Below, piece by piece: positions 21,757-31,252 of a stretch of DNA of 64,000 bases. Origin of the DNA: an uncultured Verrucomicrobiae bacterium. Lineage in GTDB: Bacteria; Verrucomicrobiota; Verrucomicrobiia; Limisphaerales; Palsa-1400. Positions within the stretch are counted from its first letter, which is position 1. Each line of letters opens with the position of its first letter. The stretch covers positions 431,187-495,186 of the forward strand of contig CAVPOM010000012.1 in NCBI GenBank assembly GCA_963707025.1. The letters run 5' to 3'. The position numbers and the translations under genes were made by a program. Below the pieces are notes generated by a model. It was given only the letters and a program-made list of their open reading frames with translations, made no database searches and was not told the DNA's origin.

Positions 21757-24103
21757 ATGAAATACATCAATCATCATACGCTGGCGTGCCGGTGTCTCTT
21801 TACCTCCTGGCTCCTCTTGACCTTGGCCTGCCTTTGGCCACCTTTCGGCTCAAGCGACAGAATATTATGTGTCCACCCAGGGCAGCGATTCGAATCCGGG
21901 AACGGCGGCGCAGCCGTTCCAGACCGTAACGCATGCCTACAGCCTGGCCGGTCCGGGTACCACCATCATTGTTCTGCCCGGGGTCTATACCGACTACACC
22001 AGCGGCTGGGGACTGCATTTGGGCGCCAGCGGGACGGCCGCCAACCCCATCGTGCTGGTCTCGCAAGTCCGCGGCGCAGCCATTATTGATGGCCAGAACG
22101 CTTCGGATCGCAACCTGGCCATCTATCTGGACGGCAGTTACAATGTGGTGCAGGGCTTTGGCATCCGCAACGGCCCCAACGGCGGCATCTCCATCTGGGG
22201 CAACGGCAATCAAATCCTGGACAACGAAATTTATAACAACGGCAACCCGGCCAGCACCAGCAGCAACGGCCGGGATGGGGTCTATTCCGACCAGACCACC
22301 AGCGCCAACGTGTATGCGGGCAACTTGGTTCACGACAACGGGCGGCCGGGCAGCAATCTCGATCACGGTTTGTATCTGTGCGGCCAGAACGAGTTGGTCA
22401 TCAACAACGTCCTGCTGCGCAATGCCGCCTGCGGCCTGCAGATCGCCGGCTACACCACGGTGGTCAATCTGCGGGTGTATAACAACGTCATCGCCTGGAA
22501 CGGCCATGACGGCATCATCCTCTGGCAGGCGCTGAGCGGGGTGGACATCCAGAACAATGTCCTTTACCAAAACGGCGAATACGGGCTGGGCTCTTATGCG
22601 GCCACGGGCAGCGGGGTGGTGGTTGATCACAATCTCTGCTTTGGCAACGGCTCCGGGGACTACGATTTCACCGCCGGAGGCTCCACTTACAGCTACACCC
22701 TGGGCACGGCGCTCTCAGCCGACCCGCTCTTCGTCAATGAGACCTCGTCCGGGTTCGACGCGCACTTGGGCGCCGGCTCCCCGGCCATCGGTGCCGGACT
22801 CAATTTTTACACGACCTTTACCACCGACCTGGCCGGGGCGGCGCGGCCAGCCTCCGGCCCGTGGGGCCTGGGCGCCTATGTCTATGGCGGGGGCGCGACG
22901 ACGCCACCCGCCGCTTCCATGAGCACGCCGGCCAACGACGCGACGGTGTCGGGTTCCATCACCGTCTCCGCCACCGCCTCGGACCAAGTTGGCGTGGCCA
23001 GTGTTCAATTCCTGCTGGATGGCGCGAACCTTGACGCCGCGCTGACCGCCGCCCCGTTTGCCATCACATGGGATTCAACCACGGTGGCCGACGGCTCGCA
23101 TACGCTGACCGCGCTGGCCACCGACGCCTCCGGCAACCAAGCCACGGCCGCGCCGGTCAACATTCTGGTCAGCAACACCGTCTCCTCGCTTGGCTTGCCG
23201 ACGGTGGCGGTGGTGGCTAACCCAGCCACGGCCGTGATCGGCACGGCCAACGACGCGGTGTTGACGTTCGTGCGGACGGGGGACACCACGCAGCCGTTGA
23301 CGGTGAATTTCGCCCTCGGTGGCACGGCGGCCCAAGGGACCGACTACCACACGACTAGCGGCGACATGCCAGTGTCTGTGACCATTCCCGCCGGCTACAG
23401 CCAGGCCAATCTGACCATTGTGGGCGTGAGCAATTCCACCGGCGCAAATCCAGAAACGGCCACGTTTACACTGACGCCCAGCGCAGCCTACACCGTCGGC
23501 TCGCCGGCCAGCGCGACCATCACGATTGTGAGCAATCCCGTCGCCCCATTGCCGACCGTCTCCGTGACGGCCACAACGCCCAACGCTTCGCGCGTGGGCC
23601 CCACCGAAGGCAATTTCACTCTCACGCGCAACGGCAGCACGGCGTCATCACTCACGGTGAATTTCTCGCTCGGCGGCACGGCGGCGAACGGGGTCGCTTA
23701 CGGCACGCTTGGCACGTCCGCCACGATTCCGGCGGGCGCGGTTTCAACCAACGTCACTATCGCGCCCTTGGACAGCGCGAGCTATGTCGGCGCGGAAACG
23801 GCCGTGCTCACACTGTCGGTCAATTCGGCCTATACGGTGGGTTTGGCGGACAGTGCCACGGTCAAGATCGCGGGCAATAATGTGCCGGTCAGCGGCCGCA
23901 AAACTACGGCCAACAACCTCAAAATTACCTGGCCCAGCGTGGTGGGCAAAGTTTATCGCGTTGCCTGCGTGACCAGCCTGAGCGAGACGGTCTGGAGCAA
24001 CTTGAGCGGCCTGATCACCGCTACCGGCACCACCACTTCCTATACCGACACAACGGCCAACAAGGTTGCCACCCGCTATTACCTGGTCTATGTGACGGAT
24101 TAA
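21757..24103 (+). CDS. Secreted beta-helix protein, copy 2, with an extra Calx-beta-like domain and a C-terminal beta-rich domain (frameshift near 21844)
   Basis: ATG 21757 gives a signal peptide homologous to copy 1. An extra T (CCTTTCGG vs CCTTCGG) shifts the frame; ORF 21869..24103 carries the rest. Confidence 0.87.
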
Positions 24104-24132
24104 TCCTGAGGCGCCTCCCTCAGAGACAAGAC

Positions 24133-24165
24133 GGCCGCTGTTTTCGGCGGCCCTTTTTTTTGTTT
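24133..24165 (+). terminator. Rho-independent terminator
   Basis: GGCCGCTG-TTTT-CGGCGGCC stem followed by C and TTTTTTTTGTTT. Confidence 0.85.
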
Positions 24166-24290
24166 ATGGAAGGCGGTGGCCATGAATTCAGCAATGGGTT
24201 CCAGAGACTGGCGGGTCCCAAGCCGGCCTTCACCCTCCTCCCGCCCCCGTCCGGGCGCCTTGGTGTTACGAAGGAGCAACATCCGCCTAG

Positions 24291-24355
24291 GGTGTTTCCA
24301 ACCCGCATTTTGCGGGTTCCAACCCATATCCACGCGGCCAGGCAGTGAGTAGCCT
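24291..24355 (+). promoter_or_regulatory. Tandem boxes plus -10-like hexamer heading the polysaccharide operon
   Basis: GGTGTTTCCAACCC (24291) and GCGGGTTCCAACCCAT, 21 bp period; TAGCCT at 24350. Confidence 0.55.
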
Positions 24356-24416
24356 GTTCGCGCTTACCGGCACGGGTTCGTGCCGCAAGCAAGTGCGGCA
24401 GACAATTTACGCCAGC

Positions 24417-25064
24417 GTGAAAACGGAGTTGGAAACCACTTCTTCACCAAGTGCGGAGCTTTGCCCGCGCCGCACCGAGACGGGCTGGTATTGTATTCGC
24501 ACCCATTTGAAACATGAGCACATTGCCTCAGCTCACCTGCGGCGGCTTCCCGGCGTGGAGGTATTCAATCCGCAACTGCGCATTTTGCGCTCCACGCGGC
24601 AGGGTCGCCGGTGGAGCACGGAATCTCTGTTCCCCAATTACGTCTTCGCGCGTTTTGTTTTGGAATCCATGCTGGAGAAGATCATCTACACTCCGGCCGT
24701 CAAGGTGGTGCTCCGGTTTGGCCCCCGGACGCCGGCCATCCCGAACACGGAGATTGAGGAGTTGCGGCAGGGGCTGGACGGGCTGAGTTCCACCGTCTTA
24801 GTGGATGCACCGGCGCAGGGGGAGGAAGTGGAAATCGCCTGCGGAGCCTTCGCCGGTCTTAAGGCCTCGGTCACCCGCGTCCTGCCAGGCAAACACCGCG
24901 CCAAGATTCTTCTGGAAGTCATGGGGCGCTCCGTGCCAGCCGAACTGAGTCTGGACTTGGTGCTCTTTAACCGCAGGGACGCGTTGCAGATAGCGCTCGG
25001 CCGGGTTGAGCCGGTGATCGGGTGTCGGGCGGATGATTCCACTCTTGCCCTGATGTCGCTTTAA
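24417..25064 (+). CDS. NusG/RfaH-family antiterminator paralogue
   Basis: NGN motifs WYCIRT and SLFPNYVFARF; KOW motif GEEVEIACGAFAG; first gene of the polysaccharide locus. Start uncertain (GTG 24417 or 24345). Confidence 0.88.
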   Translation: MKTELETTSSPSAELCPRRTETGWYCIRTHLKHEHIASAHLRRLPGVEVFNPQLRILRSTRQGRRWSTESLFPNYVFARFVLESMLEKIIYTPAVKVVLRFGPRTPAIPNTEIEELRQGLDGLSSTVLVDAPAQGEEVEIACGAFAGLKASVTRVLPGKHRAKILLEVMGRSVPAELSLDLVLFNRRDALQIALGRVEPVIGCRADDSTLALMSL

Positions 25065-25078
25065 CCACGGATGCAGCG

Positions 25079-26779
25079 ATGTTCCACCCCGCCCTCAGCG
25101 TCCGCTTACTGGTTCGCTGCCTTCTCCTTGTTCCGATCGGGATGGAAGGAGAAGATCTGTATGTTTCCCCAAACGGGGCTCCGTCAGGGCCAGGCACGAT
25201 CACCCAACCCTACGACCTGGCTACGGCCCTCTCCGGCAAGGTGGGGCAACCGGGTGACACCTTCTGGCTGAATAGCGGGGACTATGTGATCGGACACATC
25301 AACACGAGAATCCAGGGAGCGCCCGGGCTGCCCATCACCTTTCGCCAATTGCCCGGAGCGTGGGCGCGCCTGGATGGTTCGCTGACCTTTTATGAAAGCA
25401 CCGGCAATGTGATCCTCAGGGATTTGGAGCTGTATAGCTCGGACACCAACCGGGCCAGCGCCGAAACCAACGTCGGGTTCAACCCGACTGACATCAATAT
25501 CATACCAGGCATTTCCTCCTATTCGCCGAATATGTGCTTCATCAACCTCTTCGTGCATGATCAAACACGGCACGGCTTTTACGTTTCGCAGGAATCTTCC
25601 AACAACCTGATTTATGGCTGCGTAATCTGCAACAACGGCTGGAGGTCACCCGACAATGCGGAGGGGCACGGCATTTACGTGCAGGGGTCCAACGGGGGCA
25701 GGTGGGTTTCCAACAACATCGTCTTCAATAATTCCGGGGTCGGCCTGCATATTTACGATAACACGGCCAATCTCTACTTGGCCGGCATCACCCTGGACGG
25801 CAATGTGGCCTTCAATGCGGGTGCCATTCAAAATGTGCGCTTTTACCGGGATTGGATCGTGGGAGTGGACGCCCCGGCCATCAGCGCGGATCGAATTGAG
25901 TTTGACAACAATCTGGGTTACTTCCTGCCCACCGCGGGCCAAGAAGACCAGGTGCAGATCGGTCGCCAAGGGGTCAACGGCAGTGTGACTATCCTCAGCA
26001 ATTACCTGCCCCAGGGACTGGAAATGAACAACTGGACCGTCGCGACGGTGGCCGGCAACGCGTTCTCAGCGACGGCCGGAAATCCCATGGTCACTTTGAA
26101 CCAGACCTTCACGCATTTGGCGGCCGGTTGGAATAACAACACTTACGTGGCGCCGGCCACAGACACAGAGTTCTTGTACAACTTCATACCGCTCGGCTTT
26201 CAAAGCTGGCAAAACGCCACGAGATACGACTCCCACAGCCTCTGGAGCATAGGGAGCCCGAGCGGCGCCAAAGTTTTTATACAGCCCAACCTGTATGAGA
26301 CCGGACGGGCGAACATCATTGTCTATAACTGGGAGAATCTGAGCAATGTCGCCGTTGATCTTAGTTCCGTGTTGGCTGCCGGCGCGGCCTATGAAGTGCG
26401 CAATGCCGAGGATTTCTCCGCTGCACCTGTGTTGACCGGGGTCTTCGATGGCAATCCGGTGATCCTGCCCATGACCGGGTTGGCGGCGGCTGTTCCCAAT
26501 GGTCCGATGTTGGCTCCGGCGCCCACCGGACCGACATTCAATGTCTTTGTCCTGCTGCCGCGCCAGATTCGGCTGGAAGCCACGCTCGCGGATGGCCAGG
26601 TCCAGATTTCCTGGCCGACGAACAGCGGCAATTGGGTCCTGCAATTCGCCCCCAGCCTGTCACCGGGGGCGACTTGGACGGATGTGCCAACCAATCTTGC
26701 CGTTCTTGGTTACCAAACATCCTGGGCCGTGCCCGTGTCCGGAAACTGCGCGTTTTATCGGCTCAGAGGCGTCCCGTGA
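25079..26779 (+). CDS. Secreted beta-helix (pectin-lyase-fold-like) protein with a C-terminal beta-rich domain
   Basis: LYVSPNG..GTITQPYDL start, Asn/Ile beta-helix repeats, GHGIYVQ; ends QISWP...W...FYRL. Confidence 0.75.
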   Translation: MFHPALSVRLLVRCLLLVPIGMEGEDLYVSPNGAPSGPGTITQPYDLATALSGKVGQPGDTFWLNSGDYVIGHINTRIQGAPGLPITFRQLPGAWARLDGSLTFYESTGNVILRDLELYSSDTNRASAETNVGFNPTDINIIPGISSYSPNMCFINLFVHDQTRHGFYVSQESSNNLIYGCVICNNGWRSPDNAEGHGIYVQGSNGGRWVSNNIVFNNSGVGLHIYDNTANLYLAGITLDGNVAFNAGAIQNVRFYRDWIVGVDAPAISADRIEFDNNLGYFLPTAGQEDQVQIGRQGVNGSVTILSNYLPQGLEMNNWTVATVAGNAFSATAGNPMVTLNQTFTHLAAGWNNNTYVAPATDTEFLYNFIPLGFQSWQNATRYDSHSLWSIGSPSGAKVFIQPNLYETGRANIIVYNWENLSNVAVDLSSVLAAGAAYEVRNAEDFSAAPVLTGVFDGNPVILPMTGLAAAVPNGPMLAPAPTGPTFNVFVLLPRQIRLEATLADGQVQISWPTNSGNWVLQFAPSLSPGATWTDVPTNLAVLGYQTSWAVPVSGNCAFYRLRGVP

Positions 26780-26788
26780 GCGCCCGAT

Positions 26789-28096
26789 TTGAAACCCGTG
26801 AATGCTCTCCCGCCACGATGCGGTCGCGCGAAACCAACCGGGCGCTTCCGGCTCCTGCTGGCCCTGCTCGGCTGCGGAGGACTATTCGCCGGAGAAAACG
26901 GCCGCGCCCAATCCTGGGGATCACTGGGCAGCGAGAACGCGGCTGAGGCCCTGGCCCGGGCCATCCAGAACGAACCCTACAGCCAAATTTACGGCCCGCT
27001 GCGGGTCAGAGCCGGGGCGGGCGTGAGCGTCAACTACACGGACAATGTCTTCTACTCCAGTCAACCAAAGGAAGACATCATGATCGAACCCCAGGTTTCG
27101 CTGGACGCTTTATGGCCCATCAGCAAACTCAACACGCTCAGGCTGTCCCTGGGCCTGTCCTACCAGTGGTACTTGAAAAATCCGGTGCTGAACGCCGATG
27201 CCCCTCTGGTTAACCCGGGTTCGGAACTGGCCTTCAATTTTTTTGTCGGCGATTTTCACATCCAGGTGCATGAGCGTTTTTCCTATCAGAAAAGCCTGTT
27301 CTTCAACAGCATCGCGACTGAGAACATGCCCTTTTACAATGTCCACGACGTGGGCTTGTTTTCTCAGCTCAATAACGACGCCGGCGTTGATGTCACCTAT
27401 AACCTGCACAAGGCCGTGCTTTCCGCCGGCTACAATCACGAAGATTTCGATACTTCAACGAGTCTTTTCGAGTATCTGAATCGGGCCTCTGAACAGTTGA
27501 CCGCCAGCGCCAGTTATGCTTTGGGTGACCACCTGCAAACGGGTTTGGAAGCACGGGGGTCCTTCAACGATTATTATCGCGAGACCATTCTGAACGACAA
27601 CTGGCGGGCCCGCGGCGGGGCGTTTGTGGATGTGACTCTTTGGCATGGCCTCAGCTTGCGGGCCGGCGGCGGCTACGACACGGCCGACTACGATGCGACC
27701 GCGCTTCCAAACTGCGATTATGCCAGCTACTATGCCTACGCCCGAATTCGCCAGGACACACGGCTTTTCTCGCACGCGCTGGACGTGGGGCGCGACAACG
27801 TGCTGGGTTTCAACGCCAACAATCTGAGAATGGCCCACGCGCGATACTCCATCTCCTCACCCATCGTCAGCCACGTGGACCTGGGAGCTTTTGCTTCGGT
27901 GAATGCGGGGGAGGAGTACGGCGGGGTTTACGACGAAAGATTCACTTACTACGGCGCGGGCTTTGGTGTTGGCTACGTTTTGGCCAAGCATTGGCGGACC
28001 AACCTCGCCTACGAGTTTGAATCCAAGCACTCGGACCTGGCGCTGGAGAGTTTCCAGCGCAACCGGGTGACTTTGGGCATAGACTGGAGTTTCTGA
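26789..28096 (+). CDS. Outer-membrane beta-barrel protein, polysaccharide-export associated
   Basis: Signal peptide, YTDNVF motif, alternating aromatic beta-strands, terminal Phe (NRVTLGIDWSF); directly upstream of OPX. Confidence 0.8.
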   Translation: MKPVNALPPRCGRAKPTGRFRLLLALLGCGGLFAGENGRAQSWGSLGSENAAEALARAIQNEPYSQIYGPLRVRAGAGVSVNYTDNVFYSSQPKEDIMIEPQVSLDALWPISKLNTLRLSLGLSYQWYLKNPVLNADAPLVNPGSELAFNFFVGDFHIQVHERFSYQKSLFFNSIATENMPFYNVHDVGLFSQLNNDAGVDVTYNLHKAVLSAGYNHEDFDTSTSLFEYLNRASEQLTASASYALGDHLQTGLEARGSFNDYYRETILNDNWRARGGAFVDVTLWHGLSLRAGGGYDTADYDATALPNCDYASYYAYARIRQDTRLFSHALDVGRDNVLGFNANNLRMAHARYSISSPIVSHVDLGAFASVNAGEEYGGVYDERFTYYGAGFGVGYVLAKHWRTNLAYEFESKHSDLALESFQRNRVTLGIDWSF

Positions 28097-28214
28097 CTGC
28101 CTCACCGCTTCCGCCCAAGCGCTCCGTCGAAATCGGCGCGGCCACGCGGAACTTGGAAAAGATTCGTTCACCGTGCAATTCGCGCTCCAAATGCGCTCGG
28201 AGAGTCTCGGCTTT

Positions 28215-28859
28215 ATGACCAGGCGATTTATCATTCTAGTGGCGGCCCTTGCCGCCTTGCAATACGGCGGCCCCGCGCTGGCTGGGGACACCAACCAAAC
28301 GGTTTGGGCGGCCACCGGCATGGCGATGGACTCTCTGGACGACCACTACAAGCTCGGCCTCGGCGACGTCGTGATCTATCAGGTGACCGAGGACCGGGAC
28401 CTGCCTCGTTCCCTCAAAGTCACCGATTCCGGGGATCTGCAAGCGCCTTACTATGGATTGGTTCACGCGGCCGGCAAAACCTGCCGCCAACTGGCCCAAG
28501 AGATCAAGGCCTTGTTGGAGAAGAAGCTTTACTATCGAGCCACGGTCGTGATTGCGCTGGAGGTGACGGATAAGGCCTGGGTCACAGGCAAGGTCTATGT
28601 CACCGGTCAAGTGCGCCTGCCCGGCGGCTTTAACCTGAAGGGGGGGGAGAATCTGACGGTCAGCAAGGCGATTCTGGACGCGGGAGGATTCAGCGACTTT
28701 TCCGATAAAAAGCACGTCCGGCTCATCCGCAAGACGGCCCGCGGAGACAAACCTTTCATCGTCAACGTGCTCGACGTTTGGGCTGGGCACCTGGACAAAG
28801 ACCTCGCTGTGCAACCAGGCGACATGATCGTGGTGCCGGCCCGCCTGGTCAATTATTGA
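28215..28859 (+). CDS. Short OPX (Wza-like) polysaccharide export protein, Poly_export plus one SLBB
   Basis: YKLGLGDVV, AAGKT..QL, VYVTGQVRLPG, AGGFS, QPGDMIVVP; no lipobox Cys and no C-terminal helix. Start placed at ATG 28215. Confidence 0.88.
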   Translation: MTRRFIILVAALAALQYGGPALAGDTNQTVWAATGMAMDSLDDHYKLGLGDVVIYQVTEDRDLPRSLKVTDSGDLQAPYYGLVHAAGKTCRQLAQEIKALLEKKLYYRATVVIALEVTDKAWVTGKVYVTGQVRLPGGFNLKGGENLTVSKAILDAGGFSDFSDKKHVRLIRKTARGDKPFIVNVLDVWAGHLDKDLAVQPGDMIVVPARLVNY

Positions 28860-28870
28860 GGCGCAATTTC

Positions 28871-31189
28871 ATGAAACTCAACGGAAACAGTTTTAACACC
28901 GGCGTGGTGGATTTCTTTGCTCCCTCCAGCCGGTTTGTGTCGGCATCCAGGATCTATCGTCGGCTGCACCGGTGGTGGCTTGTTCTGCTCAGATACTGGT
29001 GGATGCTGGTGGTGATCGTGGTGGCCGTGACCGGTGCGGCTTATGCCTACACCACTCGCTCCGGGCCGACGTATGAGTCCAAAGCGCGCATGTGCCTGAC
29101 GGGCAAAATCAACATCTCCGGGGACCAGCTCTACACGGAGGAGTTGATCAATTTCCTCGGCACCCAGGCCGAGTTGCTCCGCAGTCCAGCCATTCAGAGG
29201 CGGGCCATGGCCAGTTTGCCGGCGGAGTTCAGACCGGCCCCTCGTCGAGGCGTGGTTGGCGGCGGGCCCGATTTGAAGGACCTCGGCAAGGCCCAAGTGC
29301 CGGCGCGAAAACTTTTTGCCTCCGGCTCGGCCCCTGGCAGCAATGCGCCCCCCCCGATTCCTTTTGACGTCAAAGTTCAGGAAGGGTCCAAAAGCAGCAC
29401 GCTTGATTTGCGAGTGACGGGACCGGACCCAATCTCCACCCGGAGATTTCTGGATAGCTTGATGGAGGCCTACCTGAGTTACAAAAAGGAATCTCTTGAC
29501 CAGGCTTCCGCGCAGGCCACGGCCTCTCTGACCGCCGAGGCGGGGCAGTTGAAGAGCCAGTTGGACCAGGCCCAAGCCAAGCTGCACGACTTGGAGGCCT
29601 CCAACAATGTGGTCTTTCTCCAGCAGCAAGGCGCTGGGGCCGAAAGCTACCTGGCCTCCTTGAACCGGCGACTTGCCATTCTGCGCACTGAACTCAGGCT
29701 GCTCGATTCCCTTACGCCCGAGCAGTGGGTGGAGACCGATGCCGCCGGCGCAAGCGCCCTCTCTGGTCCATCTTCCGGCGACGAAGCGGCGGCCCGGCAA
29801 ACTCTGGCCAACCTGAAGGAATCCCAAACTGCCTTGTTCCAGGCAGACCAGAAGATGCATCAGCTTATGGCCGAGCGTGATGAGCTGGCCCGTTTCCTGC
29901 GGCCGGCGCACCCCAAGATCGTCAATCTCAACCAGCAGATTGCGGCCCAGGATGCTGTGGTGGGAGCGTCGCGGGAGGAAGCAGCCAAGGAGCTGACGCT
30001 TCGGCGCCAGGCCCTGCAGTTGCAGGTGCGAAATCTGGAAGCCGCCTTTGAAGATTGGAGTGCCAAAGCCATTGCGGCCAGCCACACCATGGCCGATTAT
30101 GAACAAATCCGCCAAACGGTGCAGCGCCTTCAAAACGCCTACGACAAGACCCTTGATATCATCCAGAACATTAACGTCCGCAAACGGGTCGAGCAGGAAA
30201 ACGTCGGCATCCTTGATCCGGCCTCCGTCGCGACGCCAACCCATCGGGTGTTGATCAACATGACGATCGCGACCGCCGTTTCTCTCCTGTTGGGTTTTGG
30301 CTTGCTCTATGGTACGGCCCTGTTTCAGGATGACTTTGCCTCGCACATGGAATTGGCCGAGGAGCTGGCCGAGCCGGTGGTGGGTCAGGTCCCGTCCATC
30401 TCCATGAGCAAGTCCAAGTCCCCCCTGGGCATCGAGGGGTTGGAAAGGGGACATTATGAGTTCCTGGAGGCCTTTCGCAACATCCGGGCTTCGCTCCTGT
30501 TTGGGAAAAATGGCGGCGCCAGGCCAAAAACGATCATGGTCGCCAGTTCGGTGCCAGCGGAAGGCAAATCCACCCTCGCACTGTATCTGGCCGCTATGCT
30601 GGCCCGAGGCAACTCGCGTGTGCTCCTGGTTGATGGAGATTTGCGCCGGCCCAGCTTGCACAAGTACCTTCGCCTGCCACCCGGTCCGGGCCTGGCGGAG
30701 GTTCTGGGGGATGAAATTTCTCCCCCGGACGCGATTCTCGCCACTGACGTTCAGAATCTGTCCTTGCTGCCGGCCGGCCAAGCCGCGCGCAATCCCGGAG
30801 ACCTTCTGCTCAGTCCCATCTGGGAGCAATTCCTGGCCTCGGTCAAGCCGCGCTTCGATTACATCCTGGTGGACACCCCGCCGGTGATGGCCACCGACGA
30901 TGCGGTCGCCCTGGCCTCCAAAGCGGACGGCGTTCTTTTTGTGGTGCGGGCCCTGTCCACTTCCGCTCGCGTCGTGCGCGGCGCGTTGGACTTGCTCCGG
31001 CAGCGGCAGGCGCATGTGGTCGGCTTGGTTTTCAACCGCGCTGTGTCTTCACCCTGCGAGCGTCAGTATTACAAGCCCTACGCCCGCGCCTATCGCTGGC
31101 AGCCGGAGAAGACCGGGCTTGGCGGCGTGCTGGTGGCGGGCAACCCTGCTCCCAACACCACGGCCGCCGGTTCCAGTGAATCGGCCTGA
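28871..31189 (+). CDS. wzc: Polysaccharide co-polymerase / tyrosine autokinase (Wzc-like)
   Basis: Two TM segments flanking a coiled coil; Walker A PAEGKS, A-prime LVDGDLRRP, B LVDTPP; Tyr tail YYKPYARAY. Confidence 0.92.
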   Translation: MKLNGNSFNTGVVDFFAPSSRFVSASRIYRRLHRWWLVLLRYWWMLVVIVVAVTGAAYAYTTRSGPTYESKARMCLTGKINISGDQLYTEELINFLGTQAELLRSPAIQRRAMASLPAEFRPAPRRGVVGGGPDLKDLGKAQVPARKLFASGSAPGSNAPPPIPFDVKVQEGSKSSTLDLRVTGPDPISTRRFLDSLMEAYLSYKKESLDQASAQATASLTAEAGQLKSQLDQAQAKLHDLEASNNVVFLQQQGAGAESYLASLNRRLAILRTELRLLDSLTPEQWVETDAAGASALSGPSSGDEAAARQTLANLKESQTALFQADQKMHQLMAERDELARFLRPAHPKIVNLNQQIAAQDAVVGASREEAAKELTLRRQALQLQVRNLEAAFEDWSAKAIAASHTMADYEQIRQTVQRLQNAYDKTLDIIQNINVRKRVEQENVGILDPASVATPTHRVLINMTIATAVSLLLGFGLLYGTALFQDDFASHMELAEELAEPVVGQVPSISMSKSKSPLGIEGLERGHYEFLEAFRNIRASLLFGKNGGARPKTIMVASSVPAEGKSTLALYLAAMLARGNSRVLLVDGDLRRPSLHKYLRLPPGPGLAEVLGDEISPPDAILATDVQNLSLLPAGQAARNPGDLLLSPIWEQFLASVKPRFDYILVDTPPVMATDDAVALASKADGVLFVVRALSTSARVVRGALDLLRQRQAHVVGLVFNRAVSSPCERQYYKPYARAYRWQPEKTGLGGVLVAGNPAPNTTAAGSSESA

Positions 31190-31252
31190 TGGATTTGGCA
31201 TCCTCGCAGGGTGATCACAATCCCGTCCGTATGATGGGAACGAAATCTAAAT

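Larger units (their letters stand above)
19404..23529 (+). repeat. Direct duplication of about 1.75 kb: 19404..21155 and 21778..23529
   Basis: Near-identical sequence at offset 2374-2375; identical shadow ORFs at 19558/21933 and 20631/23005. Weaker homology extends about 330 bp upstream of each copy. Confidence 0.95.

Noticed and set aside
19404..23529. Duplication as a diversity-generating retroelement template/variable pair
   Set aside because: Too long, no adenine-specific differences and no reverse transcriptase in the window.
24172..24184. GGCGGTGGCCATG as a possible ops element
   Set aside because: Three mismatches to GGCGGTAGnnTG and it lies upstream of the inferred promoter; such a match is common in GC-rich DNA.
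28853..31015. 720-aa minus-strand ORF (similarly 47235..48626, 51521..53089, 53369..54640)
   Set aside because: Each lies opposite a well-supported plus-strand gene and lacks motifs.
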